The notes under the pieces are model-generated. The model saw only the letters and a program-made list of their open reading frames with translations. It did no database searches and was not told the DNA's origin. A stretch of DNA of 53,188 nt, from contig JWZX01003274.1 in NCBI GenBank assembly GCA_001275005.1, forward strand, positions 1 to 53,188, in the 5' to 3' direction. The position numbers and the translations under genes are program-made. Shown piece after piece: positions 29,370 through 39,886 of the stretch (position 1 is its first letter; each line of letters begins with the position of its first letter). The stretch comes from Chrysochromulina tobinii (Eukaryota).

Positions 29370-32300
29370 ATGGTATTCGTTTCTCGGCGCGAACAGCGCA
29401 CATCCCCAACGGCGCGCTGGGCGAAGCTGAGGACCTATGCGAAATCGCTCGCGGCGGTGTGCATCACCTTGGCCGATTGTCCCAGCCTGAAGCCGCCAGA
29501 GCCGCCTCGCCGGGGCGGCAGCGTACAACAGCACTCTGGGTATATTGACAAGCTGCGCACTGGTGTCAAGGGCATGGGAGCTCTTGTTGCATTCGACATC
29601 AAGGCAAGCACACGGACAGCAGCAGTAGAGGCCGAGCAGTTGTTGGATGCGGGAGGCGTTGTGACCTCCGTTGACGATGCTGCTGACCTCGAAAAGACGG
29701 AGTACTGGCAGCAGGGCGATGCGAGCCTCGCGACCAAGGAGAAGATGGAAGCGCGGCAAGCGCTTCGGTATAACAAGCACGTGCTGGCAGCGCTGCAGCT
29801 GTACTGGGAAGCAGCACAGCGCAGCTTGCACTCGGGGGGTGACCCTTCCGCGAACGAGCTGCATCAGGAGGGCCATGCCCTTATGCTGCGGCGCATCTAC
29901 CGCGTGATGATCAAGGACTTCGACCCTGCAGATTGTGAGCGCTGCATCGCCGAGGACTGGGCTCGCGACGCCAAGGGAAAGGATCTGCTGACTCGTAAAG
30001 CATTCTGCGACGCGTTCTTCGAGCTGGCGGATACGTGGACGGCTGGCATCGACGCTCGTGAGTATGCGGCATTCTTGCGGACTCTCTTCGACTCTGTCAC
30101 CATCCAACGACAGGTCCGCGGACCCGACGGGCAGGTGATGATGGTCGCCTTTGTCTGGAAGGACGAGGTCGAGTGTGTGTTTGACGAAACGTACGCAGAG
30201 GAGGAGGAGGAGCAGGTCGAGGAGAGGAAGCCAGTGAAGATCGACGAGGGGCAGGTCGCCGTGATCCAGGAGAGCGGAGAAGTCGTCGAAGCCTCTTGTG
30301 CACCAAGCTCAACAAAGCAGGCTCCCGTCGCGATGAAGCCACCTCGGGTTGCCAAGGACGAGAGCGCCCCAGAGCCAAAAGTCGAACAGACTACAGGCGA
30401 AGCTGAACCCACCGAAGCTCCCGTCGCGAAGAAAAGGTCGCCGCGGAAGGCCAAGGAGAGCGCTCCGGACGCACCAGATGGCAACGTACAGCCAACCGAT
30501 AAGCCCGTGAAAGACTATCGCGCGAAGGCCAAAAAGAAGGGAAGCAAGAAGAAGAAGGACGAGGAGGAGACGAGCACTCAGAGTAAGGCAGTCATAGTTG
30601 TGCAGTCGATGCAACGTAAGAACAAGGCCGTGAAGAAGAAGAAGGAGCGCGAGAAGGCAGTCGTCACCATCACGAAGCATGCTGCCGCGAAGGCGGAGAA
30701 TGTCAAGAAGAAGCGTTCAACCCAGCCGGAAGGGCCGGTCTTGTCCGAGAGTCGGAACCGCGAAATGAACGGCGAAGGGAGTGGTGTCGCTGGTACGCGC
30801 GGGCAGTTGCAGTACTGGGCGCTCCGCAAGGGGCTACCGCCTCGGCTACAGGAAGTCTTTGATGAGCTCCCTACTCAGGATCAATTAGCGGTGGCCAAAC
30901 TCTCACAAGAAAAGCGACTCAAGTTCCTCCGCATCCAAGCCATCAATGTGGAGAGTTTCAACTTCACAACTGAGCAACGGGCTCAGCACGTCGAGGCGCG
31001 CAGAGGGCTTGATCCTCGTCTGCGAGCGGTGTTTGACGACCTGATGAGGGCCGATCAGCTCGTCGTCGCATTCATGACGCTTGAGAGGCGTGTACTCTTC
31101 CTCCAGCGGCGAGCAGACTTGATCGACCGCGGCTTCGGATGGGGGCTCAGAACACAAAGGCCGCTCCGTGAGCGCATGTTGCAGCGCGCTGTTCTCTGGG
31201 CGCAGGCCGAAGGCGGCGCGGTTCAGCACGCGATCAGCGCCGCTCTCTATCGAGCCTTCTCCCTAGGTCTTGGAACCGGTAAGGATGCTGCCAGCAAGGA
31301 CGGTACGATCGAGTCACCCTCGATTGGCGTCCAGATGGCGGGAACGGGGGCGCTCGAGCACGCCAAGTTGAGCCCACGCGGCTTTGCTTCTTACGCGGTT
31401 GGCGTCGGGTTCACTCGAGCCATCAAACGTGGTAGTGTCAAGGGGGGTGCAAGCAAAGGAGCCGGCGTGGACGCTGCTATCGCATCCTGGATGGGCGTCC
31501 CGGTAGCGCTTGAAGACGCTAAGTTCAGCCCACTCGCCTTCGCGTCTGCGCTGCGGCCCAACCGCGCAGCAGCAGCGCTGGGGCCGTTGGCAGTTGCTGC
31601 AGCGGCGCAGCAGAAGGCAGCTAGTTCCACGAGAGCTCCGGCACCGCCGGACGAGTTCCCTTGTACCTCGGTCACCAAGGAGATGCTTGACGGGGCGAGC
31701 CTACGCCGATTACTCTTCCAGACGGACCATGCGCCGTCACCCCCGCAGCTCCCACGACAAGAGCGCCCCCGGAGCTCGAGGCTGGCCCGGGGTCACGACG
31801 GTCCTCTTCCATCGCCACTCCACGCCTTCACGGCCTTCAGCAGTCTCAACTTCAGCAGTGGTGCTCGTCGGCATACAGGCATTGGGCCGGAAGGCAAGGT
31901 GATGATGACGTGCTCTCAAGCCGGCACTTTGCTTGAGCTGGATCGGCGTGCTCGATCCTCAAGCGTCCACTCGAAACTTTCGTTCCCACGGCCCACCATT
32001 GTCGACATAGACATCGACTCACCTCGGCCCATTGACGAAGTTGACGAAGCTCGCCGCCTCAGTACACCCTCTCCCAGGATCACCACCACTGCACCACCCA
32101 CCGACGAGGACGTCGACGAGTTGGTTGACCTGCAGCACGAGGCCCCGATGGGCCATGCCTTGGTTAGCGAAGATGGGCTCCTGCCTTTCATCCAAGCACT
32201 TGGACCTAGCCCTGGCACCTCGGTGCGCCGCCCTTCCGCCCTGCTCCCTACCATCCTTCCACGTTCAGCGCGCCCTACTACGGTACATCTAAGGACGAAT

Positions 32301-33260
32301 AGCGGATGTGCCGTCCAAAGCGGTGCATACCGACGGACGTGCGCCTATTCGACAAATACGTCGCTCTCCGTGTCTCCGCACTCCGCGCGCTTCCTGGCCC
32401 AGGGTGGACCCGCAGCGGTGGGCCGGAGTGGTGGGCAGACGGCTAAGAGCCGCATGGAACCACGAGTAGACGCTAGCGACGCGTCGGCCCTTTCCATCTC
32501 TCCAGGCCGACCCCCAGGTCGGCCTGAGTCGGCCATCAGGTACGCAGCCTTGAGCGGAATTAGCAGCCGTCGGGAGCTGCTCGCAGAGAGGAGGGGCGCG
32601 GAGGCACACGAAGGGGATGTGATTCTGAGTCGCCCTACCTCCCCACAAGCGCGGCCTATGGATCCAGCACTCATGTTTTACTGGAACCGGCCGGGAAGCC
32701 CCGTGGGTGGGTTGCTTCCGGAACGCCGAGCAAAGTCCCCCCGGGCGCCGAATGAGGAGCCCTCGGCGGCGGATGCTGGAGCGTTGTTGCTGCGTGTGGC
32801 TCACTACGCACACGGCGTGAAGATGAGCGTACCACCTGCGCCACCAGAGACGTTGTACAGCGTGGATCTGGAGATGCAAAGCCCTCTCCACACATGCACA
32901 ACATTCTTGGACGAGTGGCGTTTTGCGCGAGACGAGCTGCACTCGCCGCTCTATCCTCAGCCAACGTCGTTCACCGAGCCTGCTCCAGCGGCCTCTCTCA
33001 CATCCGAATCAGTGGTGAGCTTCTTCGAGACCTCCGAGAAGCGGCAACGAGAAGCCATGCTCAAGACAACCGCAGCAGAGATCGCCGCAGAGATCGCAGC
33101 AGCGGCGATAGAAGAGGATTCGTGCGTGCAGATGGATGTCGAGCCGCTGTGGCAGCGACATCTCAGAAATCATGCACTACGGCAGGGCCTCCCTGATCAT
33201 GACCTTGATGCTCGTCATCAGCTCTTGCTCGGCAAACTAGCTGCGTGGAAGCCAGACTGA
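29370..33260 (+). CDS. Large 1296-aa protein: N-terminal helical/EF-hand-like domain, IQ-like basic segment, long disordered C-terminus
   Basis: DWARDAKGKDLLTRKAFCDAFFELADTWT segment; VIVVQSMQRKNKAVKK; uninterrupted ORF. Confidence 0.65.
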   Translation: MVFVSRREQRTSPTARWAKLRTYAKSLAAVCITLADCPSLKPPEPPRRGGSVQQHSGYIDKLRTGVKGMGALVAFDIKASTRTAAVEAEQLLDAGGVVTSVDDAADLEKTEYWQQGDASLATKEKMEARQALRYNKHVLAALQLYWEAAQRSLHSGGDPSANELHQEGHALMLRRIYRVMIKDFDPADCERCIAEDWARDAKGKDLLTRKAFCDAFFELADTWTAGIDAREYAAFLRTLFDSVTIQRQVRGPDGQVMMVAFVWKDEVECVFDETYAEEEEEQVEERKPVKIDEGQVAVIQESGEVVEASCAPSSTKQAPVAMKPPRVAKDESAPEPKVEQTTGEAEPTEAPVAKKRSPRKAKESAPDAPDGNVQPTDKPVKDYRAKAKKKGSKKKKDEEETSTQSKAVIVVQSMQRKNKAVKKKKEREKAVVTITKHAAAKAENVKKKRSTQPEGPVLSESRNREMNGEGSGVAGTRGQLQYWALRKGLPPRLQEVFDELPTQDQLAVAKLSQEKRLKFLRIQAINVESFNFTTEQRAQHVEARRGLDPRLRAVFDDLMRADQLVVAFMTLERRVLFLQRRADLIDRGFGWGLRTQRPLRERMLQRAVLWAQAEGGAVQHAISAALYRAFSLGLGTGKDAASKDGTIESPSIGVQMAGTGALEHAKLSPRGFASYAVGVGFTRAIKRGSVKGGASKGAGVDAAIASWMGVPVALEDAKFSPLAFASALRPNRAAAALGPLAVAAAAQQKAASSTRAPAPPDEFPCTSVTKEMLDGASLRRLLFQTDHAPSPPQLPRQERPRSSRLARGHDGPLPSPLHAFTAFSSLNFSSGARRHTGIGPEGKVMMTCSQAGTLLELDRRARSSSVHSKLSFPRPTIVDIDIDSPRPIDEVDEARRLSTPSPRITTTAPPTDEDVDELVDLQHEAPMGHALVSEDGLLPFIQALGPSPGTSVRRPSALLPTILPRSARPTTVHLRTNSGCAVQSGAYRRTCAYSTNTSLSVSPHSARFLAQGGPAAVGRSGGQTAKSRMEPRVDASDASALSISPGRPPGRPESAIRYAALSGISSRRELLAERRGAEAHEGDVILSRPTSPQARPMDPALMFYWNRPGSPVGGLLPERRAKSPRAPNEEPSAADAGALLLRVAHYAHGVKMSVPPAPPETLYSVDLEMQSPLHTCTTFLDEWRFARDELHSPLYPQPTSFTEPAPAASLTSESVVSFFETSEKRQREAMLKTTAAEIAAEIAAAAIEEDSCVQMDVEPLWQRHLRNHALRQGLPDHDLDARHQLLLGKLAAWKPD

Positions 33261-33489
33261 AATACATGCACTGATTCTGGTATCACGCGTCTGTAGAGGG
33301 GTATTCTTTGCGACTGTGAATCGGGTTCAATTGTACAATGTAATGTCCCAATCTCGCCGAGTCTCGCCGAACGGAATGCATGCTTCCGAAATTTGTGGAA
33401 ACTGGCTGTGCAGAAACTGGCGACGCGTGGAAGAGATAGTCTCGCAGCACGCACACACGCTGCACAAGCAGCCAGTCACGTTCCAAGTA

Positions 33490-36400
33490 ATGCCGCCAAG
33501 CTTGAGTGTAGGCGACACCGAAGAGCTGAAGCGGAAATCTGCCCATCAGCTCATGCAACTGAGCCAGCTGCTGATGGCGCGCGATCGAGAGCTCGAGGAA
33601 CTCAACGAAATGGTGTCCCTTCTCAAGTCCCAATTGGGCATCTCAGGTGCCGAGGATGCAAAGGAGGTGCTGAAGGCCATCGAGGCCCATGTTCGAGCAA
33701 CCGAGGGCAAGCTGCAGCAAGCGGTACGGGAGACTGAAGTGCTCAAGCAAGGGGAGGAGGCGGCGGAACAGTCCGTGGCCGAGGCTATGGCAGCCGTTGA
33801 GAAGGTGGTTGCGACGGCAGAGGCGGCCGCAGCAAAGGCGATCGCTGCGGCGGAGAAACGGGCTACGGATGCGGCGGCTGATGCGGCCGCTGCGGTCGCC
33901 GCGGCGGAGGAGGGCGCAGCAAAGGCGATCGCTGCGGCGGAGGTTTGGGCAGATGAAGAGATCCAAGAGGCCAAGGAGAAGGCCGAGGAGCTCGTACGCC
34001 AGGCCCAGGCCGAGGCAGCCGCACGCCGGGGCGATCTCGAGAAGGTCCAGAGCAGTGCCCAGAGCGCGCTGGAGCAGCAGAATAAGTTCCTCAAGCAGTC
34101 TGAGGATGCGCTCACACGGACGCAGCAAAAGCTCAAGAGAGCCGACGGCACCCGCTCGTTGCTGAAGAAGCGCGACGAGCTCATGCGGATTCAGGAGGCC
34201 ATCCATCGGCTTCAGGCGATGGATATGGTGCCCCGGCTGGAGCCCGCGCCGGTACCCGATGAGCCCGAGGAGAAGGAGGAGTACGAGGACGACGAGGACG
34301 AGGACGACGAGGACGACGAGGACGACGAGGACGACGACGAGGAGGACGACGACGACGAGGAGGAGGAGGAGGAGGAGAACAGCGACAATCCGGTGAGGCC
34401 CCGACCCCTGCCGCGCTTGGCCCCACAACTTGGCTTGCGCCACTGGCGCCTTGGTACTCTCCCCCATCGTACCCCTCGTACCCTCCCCCCTCGTACCTAC
34501 CTCGTACCCTCCCCCATCTCACTGAGCGTGTGAGGTGCGCTCCCGCCTTGTTTGCAGGCGGACGACCTTCTGGCGACGCTGATGGCGAAGCAGCAGGAGC
34601 TCCTGCGCATGCGCCAGGCCATCTCCGAGCTGCGCCAGCTGCACGATGGCGAGCCCGCGCCTGCGCCCGCGGCCGCGGCGGCGGAGGAGGAGGAAGAGGA
34701 GGCAGAGGAAGGCGCGGAGGATGAGGCGGCGCTGCTGCAGGAGCTGCTGCAGAAGCGCGCGGAGCTGCAACGCATGCAGGCGGCCATCCAGCAGCAGGTG
34801 GAGATGCGAGCGACCACGCTGGAAGAGGCCAAGGAGGAGTACAAGCGCAAGGGGCAGGAGACCCGCGAGGCGATCGAAGGGCAGAAGAATCAGATTAAGG
34901 AGCTTCAGCAGAGGGTGAAGAGCGAGGTAGCCAAGACCGCGGCAGCCCGTGCCGAGGAAAGAGAGGCTGCAGCGAAGGCGGTGGCGGCGGCGGAGGCGGC
35001 CGCAGTGCTGAAGGTTGCTGCGGCGGCGGAGGCTGCAGCGAAGGCAGTTGCCATAAATGAGGCCGCCGGATCGCACTACTTCGCTGCAGCTGAGGCAGCC
35101 GCAGCGAAGAAAATTGCCGCAGCTGAGGCGGCGGCAGCTGAGGCGGTGGCGGTGGCGGAGGCGGGGGCAACGCAGGCAGCGGCCAATGCGGCGCAGGCGG
35201 TGGCTGCTGCGGAGGCAGCCGCAGCGCAGGCACTGGCGCAGGCGGCACAGAGCGTGCGGGGTCAGCTGGAGGAGAAACTAGAGGTGACCCTTTCGGCCAA
35301 GAACGCGCAGATCGACGCTCTGCGATTGGAGCTGAACCAAGCGACCAGGAGCGCGCAGGCCGAGACGCTGCGGCTAGAGCTGAGCCAGACCACACAGATC
35401 GACGCGCTGCGATTGGAGCTGGCCCAAGCGGAGGCGCGGCATGCATCGGCTAGCCGGCTGCTCGAGGCGCGGGTGGTCCAGGTGATGGAGGATGCGGCGT
35501 ATGAGGTGGCCAGCATGCGCGCGCTCGTGGACGCGGCGCACAGCGATGCGCGCGAGTCCGTCAAGCTTGGCTTGCTCGAGGCTCAGGAGGCAGCGCTGCG
35601 CCTCGCACGCCAGCTCGACGTAGCTCTGGGAAGGGCACCTTTGGCGGAGGCGGAGTTGATCACGCAGTTTGAGCGGGCGAATGCTGCGCTGCTGATGCCT
35701 GCTGGGAGCGGGCACGCGTTCCTCGCGCACCAAAGTCACCCGGCGCTCGTGCACAAGATCGGCAAGGAGAACGACGAGGGCGATGGGCTGCCCGATACGC
35801 TTGTCTTTCAGAGCATGAAGGCGACACGTCTCACCCAGAGGCGTGCTTCGCTCGACTTCGAGGCCGAAGGGGTGCCGAACGAATCTGTCGTTGCGACGGC
35901 TATTTCGAATACAGCCGCTGCGTCGGCTGATACCGATCCGGCCTCGGCAGGCCCATCTCCTGCTTGGTCCGCGGCTGCGGCCGACCGCCTCCGGTCCGAG
36001 ACGGTTGATGCTCAGCCATCGGGTCTGAATCTGCCCAGCGCGAGGGCCATCGACTGGGGGGAGCCTTCGGACGACGACGAGGTCGGGGACGAGGCGCACT
36101 CTCATGCGACACAGAAGAAGAACGCCACGCGTCTTGGCGATTTGGAGGCGGCGCAAATTGAACTCGCACAGAGGAACGCAACGCGCCTGGCCGATGCACA
36201 GGCGGCTCGAATTGAAGCCACGTGGACCGCACAGAGAAATGCAGAGCGCATCACCATCGCCGCACAGAGGAATGCAGCGCGCATGTCCGAGTTGCGGGCG
36301 GCGCTTGCGCAAGCGGTCGAGGCCGAGGACTACGACAGGGCAGCCGAGCTGCAGCCTCAGATTCATGAGCTGCGTTTGGCGACAATCGACCTTGCTACAA

Positions 36401-36603
36401 GAGAGGGTGCAGCTGTCGCGGCAACTGCACCACCCGCAGCGGCGTCGAGCGCCGCGGGCGTAAATGTCGCCACGGTGGCTGATGGAAACGTTGTCTCCAA
36501 GCCCAAGCCACTCGACAAGCCGCCCGTACAAATGTGCTCGACGTTTGACCATGGTCCGCAGCAGCGTCAAGGAGCAGGACTCGCGCTACAGAGCATGGAC
36601 TGA
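33490..36603 (+). CDS. Coiled-coil protein with acidic tract and C-terminal UVR-like motif; exons 33490-34392 and 34558-36603
   Basis: GT-AG intron 34393-34557 (ccg|gtgagg...tttgcag|gcg) joins two ORFs in frame; LAQAVEAEDYDRAAELQPQI matches the UvrB/C coiled-coil motif. Confidence 0.75.
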
Positions 36604-36983
36604 GATGTGATACTCCGGAGTAAATGTAAGTTGTGAGTCGAGTGGGAGTACTGAGGACTGTGAGGGGTTGTCGGGGGGCACGAAGACGCGAGAGGCGAGC
36701 GCAACGGAGTTAGGGCGGCAACGTGAGTTGTACAGAGAAAGGGTTACTCTTCGAGTTACGACGTTATAACGACACTTACAGTACTTACAGTCTCCGACCG
36801 TCATGCTCGACCCACGACCGTACTCGTCGTACCAGCTCGGCTTCGTGATGTACATCCTGGGTTGCCTGGAACGGCACGGATCGCGGAGTGAACGCGAAGA
36901 TGTGTTGAAAGAGCAGGGAGCCGCTTGACGCCCATGCTACGCACACGAGAGCCGGGCTCTCCGCCCTGCTCACGGCGTCCTGT

Positions 36984-37457
36984 TCACTCGACCACGCAGG
37001 TTGCCTTGGCGGGGGCCTCGACCACGGGCTCCTTGGGCTCGGCCTCGACGCCCTCCTTGGCCTCGTTGACGTCGGCATCCTTGGCGGTGGCCTGCTCTAC
37101 CACGGGCTCCTTGGGCTCGGCCTCGACACCTTCCTTCGCCTCGTTGATGTCGGCGTCCTTGGCGGGGGCCTGCTCGACCACGGGCTCCTTGGGCTCGGCC
37201 TCGGCCTCGACACCCTCCTTCGCCTCGTTGATGTCGGCGTCCTTGAGGTCGGTGTCGGTGGACACGGGAGCCTCCGTCTCTTGCTTCTCCTGGTCCTCCT
37301 TCGCCTCCTTCGCCTTCTTCTCTGGCGACTCTTTCTTCTCCTTGCCCTCGTCGGGAGCGTCACGCTTCTTGGGCTCCGCATCCTTGCCAGGCGACGGCGC
37401 GTTGGTGTCGTTGATGTTCTTGAGCGCGTCAGTGGGAATCTGGACCATGGTCGCCAT
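36984..37457 (-). CDS. Small acidic E/K/A/P-rich repeat protein (about 157 aa)
   Basis: ATG at 37457 or 37448; three copies of KDAD(I/V)NEAKEGVEAEPKEPVVE; strongly biased codons. Confidence 0.75.
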   Translation of the reverse strand: MATMVQIPTDALKNINDTNAPSPGKDAEPKKRDAPDEGKEKKESPEKKAKEAKEDQEKQETEAPVSTDTDLKDADINEAKEGVEAEAEPKEPVVEQAPAKDADINEAKEGVEAEPKEPVVEQATAKDADVNEAKEGVEAEPKEPVVEAPAKATCVVE

Positions 37458-37872
37458 GATTACTGCGCGCGATGACAAGGGCCGCGCGGAGGTAAGCAAA
37501 GGTGTGCGTGCGTGTGAGCCGGGCGGTGCGCGCGCGTGTGAGACGGGCGGGACGGATGCGTGCGGAAGCAGGAGATTCGTCCGAGCGTGCGGGTACGGCG
37601 TTCTTGGGAGGTGGAGGCGGGCGGTGGCGGGTGCGCGCAGGTGCAAGTGCCGGCCCATGAGTGCCGCGCGCCTTTTGCGTTGTGCGTGTGCGGTCTGGAT
37701 TTCTTGGGTCGTTCGGCGCGAAAGCGCCGGTGTGCTGGAACTACGATCCTTGATCACGCAACGGCGAAGTGTGCATGCGGGAGATAAACTAGAACAATTT
37801 CAAATGTAAGAAAGAAATGCATGCTGTGTAGAAACTAACCTCCATCTCATAACCTCCATACTCGCGGGTGAC

Positions 37873-39456
37873 ATGAAAGCACGGCAACTTCGCCCTGGCC
37901 CAACGCCCACGTGGATTGGTACAACTTCTATGCAGACCGTGCAGCGTATGGTGGCGAGCCCTGCCAATGCCGAGGTGCAGCATGACGGCTGCTTTGCGCT
38001 CCTGAAGATAGCCAATGGCAGTGCCACGCGCAAGAAGGCCGTGATCGTCGCTGGTGGGCCGGCGGCGATAGTGGCGGCGATGCAGCAGCACGCTGCGGAC
38101 GCGAACGTGCAGCGTGGAGGCTGCTTCGCGCTCATGGCCATAGCCTCCGGCGATGCCACGTGCAACCAGGCAGTGATGCACACGGGTGCGCTGGCAGCAA
38201 TCGTGGCAGCGATGAAGCTGCACGCTGCGGACGCGAACGTGCAGCGTGGAGGCTGCTTCGCGCTGCGTGCTCTAGCTAACGGCGGGGATGACAAGGGCAA
38301 GCGGGCTGTGATGGACGCGGGTGGTCCGGCGGCGATTGTGGCGGCGATGAAGCAGCACGTTGCAAGCGCGGAGGTGCAGTGCGGAGGCTGCGATGCGCTG
38401 GGTGCCGTGGCCTACGGCGATGCCACGTGCGACCAGGCGTTGGTGCATGTACTGCAGGCGCAGCTGGCGGCAGCCCAGGATGCCAACGCGCGCTTGCTGG
38501 CAGATTGCGAGAGAGCACGAAGGGCCACCCTCGCGCGATTCATTGAGACGAACGACGTCGCCACGCCCGCGGGGGTGATGTCCATAGCAGCCGGCCCGTT
38601 CACGCACTACAGCAATGCCTACCAGAACGCACTCCAGAGCTGCTTCACTACCGTAGAGATTTGGAACGCCGAGCAGCCGCACGTGACGGCGCCATTCCAT
38701 GTGGAGGTCGGCATGCTTCGCCAGCTGTGGGCAGAGGGTGGCCGCGGCCGCCACGCAGGGCCATCGCAGGGCACACTCCTGAGGGGCTTCTCTCTGACAC
38801 GCATCGAGGCAATCGAAGTGCCCGCGAGAGATCGCGAAGCTTTCTACACTCGAATCGACCAAACGGGAACTCGGCGCGACGTTCTACGATGCGGTGAAGT
38901 AGATTATGGAAGCGCCGCCACAAACGGCGATCGCATCGGCGAGAAAGCTGCTGTGCTCGCTCGCCTCAAGGCGCGCTTCCTGCCCCATGACAAGAACCGG
39001 CAAGACCTCGTGCTCGCGCTCCACGGTTGCTCTCACGAGGCCGCCGACTGCATCTGCAAGGCTGGGTTTACCGTCGTCCCCTTGCAGGACCGTCTTGGGC
39101 GCGGGTTTTACTTGACCACACATTCCGAATACGCATGCCTTAAGGCGTGCCGGAATCCACCAAACGCTGCGGGCGAACACGTCCTCATCGCAGCTTTTGC
39201 TGCACCTGGGTTGACATATCCGGTGAACCGGACGGTCGACTATAGCCGCCCGAGCCAGATGCACAGCGACTCGCGGCTCAGGGGGCAACCGCTGCAACCG
39301 CAGTTCAATTCGCACTATGCTTTCGTCTCGGCGGAGCACAACTTTGAATGCATGGATGGCGCGCGCAAGGGTTATGACATGGACTATGACGAGCTCGTGT
39401 GCGAAGTGGCTGCTCAGGTGCTGCCCGCGTACCGACTCTACTTTCGGGCGTGGTGA
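37873..39456 (+). CDS. Armadillo-repeat protein with C-terminal PARP-like ADP-ribosyltransferase domain
   Basis: About 4 ARM repeats (AAIVAAMxxHxADANVQRGGCFAL), a short coiled coil, then LALHGC...GRGFYLT...YDELV...QVLPAY. Confidence 0.75.
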   Translation: MKARQLRPGPTPTWIGTTSMQTVQRMVASPANAEVQHDGCFALLKIANGSATRKKAVIVAGGPAAIVAAMQQHAADANVQRGGCFALMAIASGDATCNQAVMHTGALAAIVAAMKLHAADANVQRGGCFALRALANGGDDKGKRAVMDAGGPAAIVAAMKQHVASAEVQCGGCDALGAVAYGDATCDQALVHVLQAQLAAAQDANARLLADCERARRATLARFIETNDVATPAGVMSIAAGPFTHYSNAYQNALQSCFTTVEIWNAEQPHVTAPFHVEVGMLRQLWAEGGRGRHAGPSQGTLLRGFSLTRIEAIEVPARDREAFYTRIDQTGTRRDVLRCGEVDYGSAATNGDRIGEKAAVLARLKARFLPHDKNRQDLVLALHGCSHEAADCICKAGFTVVPLQDRLGRGFYLTTHSEYACLKACRNPPNAAGEHVLIAAFAAPGLTYPVNRTVDYSRPSQMHSDSRLRGQPLQPQFNSHYAFVSAEHNFECMDGARKGYDMDYDELVCEVAAQVLPAYRLYFRAW

Positions 39457-39886
39457 CGCACATACAGCCGTATAGGCTGAAGCTGGCTAGAACTCGCGCG
39501 ACAACACCACACTGTCCGGTTTCGTGGTGTTTGTAACGCGCCCGAATCACGCGCGAAAGAACGACGGGCGGACGGATACCGTACCGTCTTGGTAGTCATC
39601 AAAGGTGAGAGGTTTCGTCCGTCCTCTCTCTATTAGCATGTGTTCGAGGACCCATAGACCACGTCCTCTGGGGGCCTCGGTGGATCCTCTCTTCACACAC
39701 TTCACCTCTGACTCCCTCTGCGAGACGCTCGCACTGATTTACTGTACACTGTTCCTCTCCGCACTCACACACACTCAAAAAAGACGACCCATCCGATCGG
39801 CACTGGCAGTTCAGTCGCAAACGCTGACCGTGGCGTCTCTCCTCTCGTATCATCTTCTCTCGCTTTCGCATCCGCAGTCCCCGAGT

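Noticed and set aside
34285..34378. (GAC/GAG)n tract as a special element
   Set aside because: Ordinary in-frame poly-Asp/Glu low-complexity coding sequence.
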